Below, piece by piece: positions 56,601-64,000 of a stretch of DNA of 64,000 nucleotides. The stretch's first letter is position 1. Each line of letters opens with the position of its first letter. Source of the stretch: Macrostomum lignano (taxonomy: Eukaryota); NCBI GenBank assembly GCA_002269645.1, contig NIVC01003227.1, forward strand, positions 1 to 64,000. Direction: 5' to 3'. Made by a program: the position numbers and the translations under genes. The notes under the pieces are model-generated. The model ran no database searches and was not told the origin of the DNA. It worked only from the letters and a program-made list of their open reading frames with translations.

Positions 56601-59263
56601 CCGTGCAGCCCTCCACAGACGAGTTGTTCTCGTGAGAGTGCCGCCTCGGGCCGAGACCGTCAACAATGTCTTTGTCCGTCACCGGGGAGGCCGGAATCAA
56701 GGACTCGCACTTCGACTCCTTCGACTCATATTCGTGAGCTGCTGGAGCCAGGCAGGACAGAACCTCCTCCTGCTGCTTCCTGGCAGCCTCCAGCTCTCTT
56801 TGGCGCCTGGCCTTGGCCTCCAAGATCTGCCGTCGCCTGACCGACTGGTTCGAGCTCAAGTCCAGCTCCACAGGCTCCATCTCCTCATCCTCTTCCTCCT
56901 CTTGGCTCTCGGACACTCGGTTGAAGACAGGCTTCGGGGCAGGCTTGTCCTCGGGCTCAGTTGGTTGGCTTTCCGGACTGTTTGACTCGATGAGAGAGCC
57001 CAGCTTCACAGAGATGTCTACAAGATCGACCGTGCTATCTTCAACGCACACCTCCGCCTTCTCGAAGGACGCCAGTTCCTCTTCGCTGGGACTGATCAGC
57101 GCCTCGCTCTTAGCTATTAATTGCTTAGTGCGCTGGGAATCTTCAACATCCTTGGGAAACACGTCGCTGCCACCGCTGCTGCCTTCTACCTCGTCGACCT
57201 GCACTTGCGGTTTCTCCGACTTCTCAACTTCAGCCTCAACTGGTGAGTCGCTAGTTGAGTAGCCGTAGCCGCTGTCGGACTCGGAGATTTGGTTCTGGAG
57301 AATGGCAACGCGATGAGACTTTCCTTCTGGTTCCTCCTTGGATTTCTTGGCCTCTGGTTTTTCCGCCGTCTGCTGAGTTTCTTGATACCTCTCTGCCTCC
57401 GCCTTGGCCTGTGGTTTCTCCGTTTGCTGAGTTTCTTGGCACTTCTCCGCCTCCGTCGCCTCCGCCGTCTCCGCCACCGACTCTGGCATCGTCTTTCTGC
57501 TGTCATAGTCTGCCAAGTCCATTTCCGACTCCAGCTGCGCCAGGTCCTCCTCGGTGAGACCCACGGTTTCCTGCGCTTTTACAGCCTCCTCTGTCTCCTC
57601 CATGATCGTCGAAATACCACCTTGGCTCATGTCGTACTCCATCTTTTTCTTCGCTTTCACTTCTTCCTGCTCAGGCTCCGGATCCTTTTGGTCCTCTTGC
57701 AGTCCTCTCTGGTCCTCAGTTGGATCAAGAAATCCTTCCAGCAAGTCCTCAACTTGCACTTTCTCTTCCTCGTGAATCTCGAAAACTTCCACCTCAGCTG
57801 CGCAGCTCGACTCGACAACTGTTTCCTTGGCAACCGAAGGGCTATCGAGTGACTCCAGCAGTTCGAGCTGTCCGGTAATCGGATCCTCCGCGCCTCCACC
57901 GCTCAGCGCCTCCGCGTCGGGCACGATCAAGTCGAGGCTAACGGGCTCGGCAGGGGGGAACTGCAGCTCGCTCTCGGCCTGTTGAGCTGCTGCCTCCGCG
58001 ACTGCGCTGGGACTGGCTGGCTGCTCCTGTCTGCGCCTGAACGTGATCCTGCAGGGGAGTTTGAAATCGATTCTTCACGTAGCATTTTTCTATTGCCTGC
58101 AAATATCTATTTTCATTAGCCCCAGAAACAATCGATATCCCAGGAGAGCACTGGGGGTTGGGCGGCATGGGGTGATTCGCTGAGCATGCGATATTGCTTC
58201 GGCGAGTGCGCCAGGGAAAAGTCTAGAACTGGGCCTTCCTTGGTCGCTGCGCACCTGCCGATTCCCGATAGCTTTCTGCATTTCTCCCCCGCGAGACCCA
58301 CCTCCCTTCCACATTCCGACAACCGCATGCTGCTCGACTGCCTAATAAAATTGCAAAGCACATTTTCTCTCCCGTGCCCAATGCTCAGCTCAAGCAATGC
58401 TCGTCATGCATGAATTGGGGCCTCGGTGTGGGCGTTGGATTTTGTCTCGATGACACGCAGTCTTGCACCATTTTGCAACTCTGTTGTTCTGGTAGAAGCT
58501 CGGAGATCCAAGCTCGAATAACTAAGAATTCAGGAAACGAGACGAACCTCTGGCTTAACTAATATCGTGTTAGCTTACGCTCGTAATCGCCTCGCCTCCG
58601 GAGGTGCAATCGCCTCGGGTTCAGGACACGTTGAAGCAATAGTTGCTATGGAGCACTGAGGACCGGCCATATTTAGCTGGATTCCAATATCTCATTTCAG
58701 TCAGTCATATTGACTAGCTCTATATTCGATTTTAATTAAGCATTTGGTCCATGTAATAACAAAAAATTCATACTACTCTACTAAAAGTAGTCATATGAAA
58801 TTTATGTAACAAATCGATTTCGATTAATCTTTTTCACTGGATCATTTTATCTACATTGTGGTACTGAAATACATCGAAAAATTCACCAATCGCACCTGTG
58901 GAGCCTTAGTCATAAAACAAAGAACAGTACGGACACATCAAACTGCTCAAGTGCTCACAGCTTGCCAATGTTGCCAAACAGGCTTCGGTAGCGGCGCCTC
59001 TTAGCAGCCGGAGTTGCCAGGCCGGTGGCGGAGCTCTCCTCGGCAACTGCGCCACCGGCTGCCTCCGGCTCCGCCAACGCGCAAGCCGTTTTCAACGCCG
59101 TCTCCGTCGGAATCTCCGCATCAGATGCCGGCGACAGAGACGCCTCGCCGTTAGGTAAGCCATCCGGCTCCGTTAAGGCTTCGGTCGTCGTCTGCTCCGC
59201 CTGAGGCTGCTGCAGGTCGGTCACCTGCTGCATGATGCAATCGTCTTCAGCTAAAGTGTCCAT
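53683..59263 (-). CDS. Acidic low-complexity plus coiled-coil protein with C-terminal GRIP-like domain (quick-to-court-like), about 1015 aa; exons 59263-58959, 58048-56121, 55455-54965, 54611-54448, 53842-53683
   Basis: Five GT-AG exons join in phase (2,1,0,2). Coiled coil ...LYLEMYRKGRDSARFE...; C-terminus LRFLRDSMFHYLTEKDREQNHQHLMAMIGIFSFTDVQMKHI fits the GRIP pattern (yLK/R..f.Y.....h...I..il.F). The start codon is uncertain and an upstream exon is possible. Confidence 0.75.
53990..54178. repeat. Minisatellite, 33-34-bp unit CGCTAGTGTCAGGGGCACCAGTACCGTACACCAT
   Basis: About 5.5 copies in the last intron of the GRIP-like gene. Confidence 0.93.
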
Positions 59264-60924
59264 AGCTAATCCGCCGTGAGTTTGCCGGTGCGGCTGCAGT
59301 AGCAGGCCGTGTGCATTTAGAAAAGAAGCCAACAGCGGCCAGTCGAGTTCAGCAAAGCGGCCGGTCCGCGCTTGAATAGGCTGAGGGGGCAGGGCGAAAA
59401 GCCACCTGCTCAGCCGCGGTTTTATGCCGCGGTCTCCGCCGAGCCCTGTCCGGGACTGGAAGGCGGGGAGGAGGGTGCTGGGAGGGAGGGAGCGCTGCTA
59501 TTTGCTGCCCATTGCCTGTGCATTGGCTACAATAGGGCTCTGGCCTGAAGACATGCGGGCATCGGAGGTGCTGGGCAGCCCCACTTCAGTCGGTGGTTGA
59601 GCCCTGTACAAGCTGGAAGAGATCCCCCAGACCCGAGCCACTGGAGTGGACAGAGGCCGAGGCTTCGATCGATTCCAGAGCAGCAGCGAGGCCCCGGAGA
59701 TCAGTCAGCAGCCCACCAGTGTTGCCGGGTGGTGGCTTCGCGAATGCTGCTCGAGCAGCCGCGATCAATTCAAGCCAATTCATTAATTCGCTCAGACCTT
59801 GGACATGGCCTGGGGAACGGTCGGGTGGCTTCCAGTGAATGCAGAGAGCCACCCCGAGCCACTGGCTGGTGAGGCGGCGCAGCCCATGCAGGAATACCTA
59901 AAGCTACGAATATTCAGTAGGGTTGTTTCGCTCATTTTCAGCTGCGTTAAATTTTGTTGCCTTTTAAAACTGAGCTATTAGTTGAAGGCAATCGAGTCTT
60001 ATGGGTATGCTCGGGTGTCTATAGCTAGAGTTGACTGCTGGGAAACAGTATTTGAATCACGTGTGAACTAAACTTTGCTGCCCTGCTTAAAATAGAACGA
60101 ATGCAGTACAATGTATGCAGAACAAGTTAGACCGAATGAACCATAACTTTCTTACTTCAGCTTTTAGCCATTTACCTCAACCTCAAGATAGGCAGTTGAC
60201 CTGCTAGATTATTGACGGGTCAGATTGCCCAAGAAGCATTGTTTAGCAATTTGACGATCATTATTCACATTTTTAATGCAGAACAATCCATTACTACAAA
60301 CAATGCATTGTCTGTAGGATCGTCAAACAGAAAAACAATGCAAAGAATCAGCGGTCGCAGCACGTGACAACGATTTGTCTATGGCTCGCGCCTTCCGGCG
60401 CTCGCCAGACAATCATTGTCACGCACTGGGACCGCTGATTATTTATCCATTGATTGCACAGATTTCCTGCCTCTTTCATTAATATTTATTCTTTCCATGG
60501 CGCTGCTTCCAGTGGTGATGGAGACGGAGTCCTGCATGCCGTCCTGGACGTCGAGACTAGAAAATTGGACTTTAGGAAAAAGAGTCAACACATAATTTGT
60601 TTCGTGGAGAGATTGAGAGATTTATTGTTTAAATATTCTGCGGTGTGAGCAAGAGCGACACGTCAGTCCCACAGTATACCATAAGCCCGTATATTCAGGT
60701 AGAGAGACGTTAAGCGAGTGAGTAAACTCAGCTTCCATCTGCATGTACGTTTAGGAGTCGTCCTTGCGTTTATAGGTTCATGATAATAATGTCTTCTAGT
60801 ATATCTAATTCTTTATAATACTATTCTTTTTTCCGTTCTTTGGTGACTTTTTTCACCTGACCTAATTATGGACAGACGTGCAACCGACCAGCTCTGCAGC
60901 CTATTCGGATCCTAGTTTTTTCCG

Positions 60925-61002
60925 AGTTGGGTCGAGAATCGAACCCCCGACCTTGCAATCGCGAGTTCGACGATCTAACCAAGAGGCTACAACCCCCCCC
61001 CC
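60925..61002 (-). mobile_element. tRNA-derived SINE head (Pol III A and B boxes)
   Basis: GGGG..TGTAGCCTCTTGGTTAG (A box) ... GGTTCGATTCTCGACC (B box); no clean cloverleaf or CCA end seen; continues into unrelated body sequence. Confidence 0.6.
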
Positions 61003-61114
61003 AGGTAGACTGTAAACTGCAAGAACTAGGCCTACTCAAGTAGGGAAACCTCCTTTTTATTCTACGTACAATTGTACATGTCCTGTGCCTAAACAAAAAT
61101 GGCACAGCTCCTAA

Positions 61115-61493
61115 CACTCGATTCCGCCCCCCCCTTACAGTCGATTCCGCCCCTTACAGTCGATTCCGCCCCCCCCTTACAGTCGATTCCGCCCCTTACA
61201 GTCGATTCCGCCCCCCCCCTTACAGTCGATTCCGCCCCCCCCTTACAGTCGATTCCGCCCCCCCTTACAGTCGATTCCGCCCCCCCCTTACAGTCGATTC
61301 CGCCCCTTACAGTCGATTCCGCCCCTTACAGTCGATTCCGCCCCTTACAGTCGATTCCGCCCCTTACAGTCGATTCCGCCCCTTACAGTCGATTCCGCCC
61401 CTTACAGTCGATTCCGCCCCTTACAGTCGATTCCGCCCCTTACAGTCGATTCCGCCCCTTACAGTCGATTCCGCCCCTTACAGTCGATTCCGA
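61115..61493. repeat. Minisatellite, about 20-bp unit TTACAGTCGATTCCGCCCC with variable C run
   Basis: About 18 copies. Confidence 0.95.
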
Positions 61494-64000
61494 CTCATTG
61501 GTTTTATGGATCTATTTTGTCATTCTATCAGATTTTATCAGATTCTTTTATCAGAATCAATTCTTTTAAAATCTTTTATCAGATTTTGTCAGATGATAAA
61601 ATCGATTCATAAAGCCAATGAGTCCAGCTGTGCCATACATTTCTATGATTTTTAAGTACAGGTAATGTACGTAGAACAAAACATTAACAAAGAATCTTAA
61701 TTTTCTAAACGAAAAACTTTATGAATATCGATAGAGCTATAAAAAGGCATATACAACATATCAAAGATGAACACTGGGCCTGCCTCCTATCGAAATTAAT
61801 AACAAAAGTCAGTATCAACATGCAGTGTTTAGTTATTTATTTAAGTTGCCGATGCATTTCCTCCAACTATTAAACATCTTCAAGGTCGAAATTTACTCGA
61901 ACCAAATGATTTAACAAGCAAACAGTATATATAGTAAGTGGAGAGAAGTATGAAAGTACATGCAATTTTATTGAATTTTTATGGTTTGAAAAACTTTTAC
62001 ATATTAATCGAAACTAGAAACAATATTGGTAGGGGGGGAATTTGCGTACAAAGGCCGGCATATAGTGGTAGAAGTCAGAGATGGCCACGATCAACAGTCT
62101 TGGCTGCAGTGTCACGAAAATAGCTCGGAGGGCCCGCGACTTTGTTGCACTATTTTGTTAACTCTGTTGCATACATATCAGGATGCATTTGGGGCTAGCT
62201 TGCTCATTTCGGATCTTCATGCCGCTACAATGGTACTTGGTTTGCCTGCAGTTTCTCATGCAGGGGCACGTAGCAATTCGGTGCCCATCTAGAGGAATTA
62301 GCAGATTTTTGAACACACATTAGTCTTGCCAAATCAACTAGCTGATCGATTTAAATCTATTCGACTACTTTTGTGGGACTACAAATGCTCCAAGGACTAC
62401 TTTAGTAGAATATAGCGTTTCTAGTGGTCCTTGATTGATGCTCGTGCCCACGTCATGGATCAGACGCGACGGGCTAGAGGCTTCTTGGATTCAAATCTTG
62501 GGCGCAGCCATTAAGAGCTGCATTCATTAATGGACTCAAAAAAGACTAGATGAATGCTGTCTGCAATGCAGTTGACGGCTTCTTGGTCGCCTTCATGAGT
62601 TGCTAATTGCAATAATGTTGGCGCATACATGTATGCAATTTTGAGGCAACGCGGCCGGCTTGATGACACACGTGGACTTTCTAACAGCTAGGGCATGTAC
62701 ATGCAAGACATGAATGTAGCTAAGGCTGGTCGAAATCATGGTTTTTGTTAATTTTCATTGTTCCTGCTCGCCTTTTAGTATCTGAAATTTTTATGAATAT
62801 ATGTGAAATTTGTCTACACAATGGCCACCATGCAATCCAGGGAAGCAATTAATTGTTGGCAGAGAGAACCTAAATAATTTTTCAAGACGAGACGAGAGTA
62901 TAAACTCGCACATGTTGACGGCACAACTGACAAGTTACGGAGTTTATAGACAAAACTGCTCACTCACAGTTATGTACGCATGCGACCCTTTTATGGGACA
63001 CCACGTTGTTTTGAACCGTGGTTTATTCGATGAGGCCATCAGTGATAATGAGATATAATTTTTTACCTTAAAACTTAAGAAATTTGTTTTTAAAGCCAGT
63101 CGAATCGTTTATTTGTAATTATCAGCCAAAATTATGTCGTATTGCGACCTTTCGCAAGTTAAAAAATCGTTAAAAACGATCTTACTAATTTTAAATTAGA
63201 TGACGGCTTGTATTTTTTGACATAAACAAAAAGTCCATTTTTCGCTATTAGAAAACGACTTTTATTATTTAAAAACGCAGTTCAATTCATGCCAAGAAGC
63301 AAATAAAACTTAATTTGCATGACTCTGTAGATTTTATATCATTTTTTGTTTTAATATACGACACAAATAATAACTGCTGTTCTATGTATGTTATAACTGA
63401 TTAAAATTTATAATTATACATTTGTATTTATATTATGTATGCTTTATAAAACAGTCAAAGAATACACAATCCAAAAATGGTGCCGAAAATTTCAGTATCT
63501 TTATCACTTTTATGTTATTCTCAGTGCGACATCTTTCAGCAGTTTTTTGAAATTGTCTAGTGTGGTCTATCAATTGATGCTAATCCATTATGGTATTATT
63601 TCTACAGAGTTAATGTAGTAGGTCCTATAATAGCACTTAATGTTTAAGAGTTTAGTATACTGTGTTTTCAAATTCTTCTTAAGTGGCCCATTGGGAATAA
63701 ATTAATTGAGGCAATGGCAAGTTAGGCCTAATGTGACAAAATGCATAACTCATTCATCTATTTACCAATGACTAGGCCTATTGTTCAGCATTAAAATGTT
63801 TTGCTAGTTTAAAATGAATGAACTTAAATAAAGACAAAAAACTTGGAATAAAACCAGTCCCATACTTCATATTGAAAATATATTAGGAGGGCTATTGTAT
63901 TATTTGTAAGAATATAATTATAAAAAAAACAAATTTAAAATAAAAAATATCTTATCTTTTCAAATGCTACATATTGCATATAAATTCTAAATCTAAATAT

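Noticed and set aside
59586-59852. 88-aa ORF upstream of the GRIP-like gene
   Set aside because: No convincing donor joins it in frame to the next exon, and it has no recognisable motif.
60925-61002. Functional tRNA gene
   Set aside because: A and B boxes are present, but no convincing acceptor or anticodon stems were found; it is treated as a SINE head.

Overview
Eukaryotic (metazoan) genomic DNA carrying four intron-containing genes, all on the minus strand. (1) A filamin: CH1-CH2 actin-binding domain plus about 21 Ig-like filamin repeats in view, 18 coding exons reconstructed by hand from ATG 34315 down to 437, continuing off the left edge. (2) A GTF3C2/TFIIIC-beta-like WD40 exon apparently spliced to a long repeat-rich tail (40890-36887). 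(3) A protein with about 10 C2H2 zinc fingers and AT-hooks (45209-42174). (4) An acidic, coiled-coil protein ending in a GRIP-like domain, resembling quick-to-court (59263-53683). Most introns next to GC-rich exons carry their own unique minisatellite (15-60 bp units), usually starting within about 0-60 bp of a splice site, and several units copy splice-site or transcription-factor-site motifs. AT-rich, strongly CpG-depleted blocks hold non-autonomous DNA transposons with clear target-site duplications, and a tRNA-derived SINE head lies near 61 kb. GC3-rich exons, a minisatellite in most introns and indel noise suggest a flatworm such as Macrostomum; this is inference and was not verified. The best leads are the splice-site-anchored minisatellites, candidate filamin isoform switches (12-nt microexon, internal promoter for a C-terminal short form, CH1-less N-terminus, Gln-rich hinges), the TFIIIC-like fusion with acidic and basic repeat blocks, and an inverted CpG landscape. 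All exon boundaries were read by eye; no database search was run.
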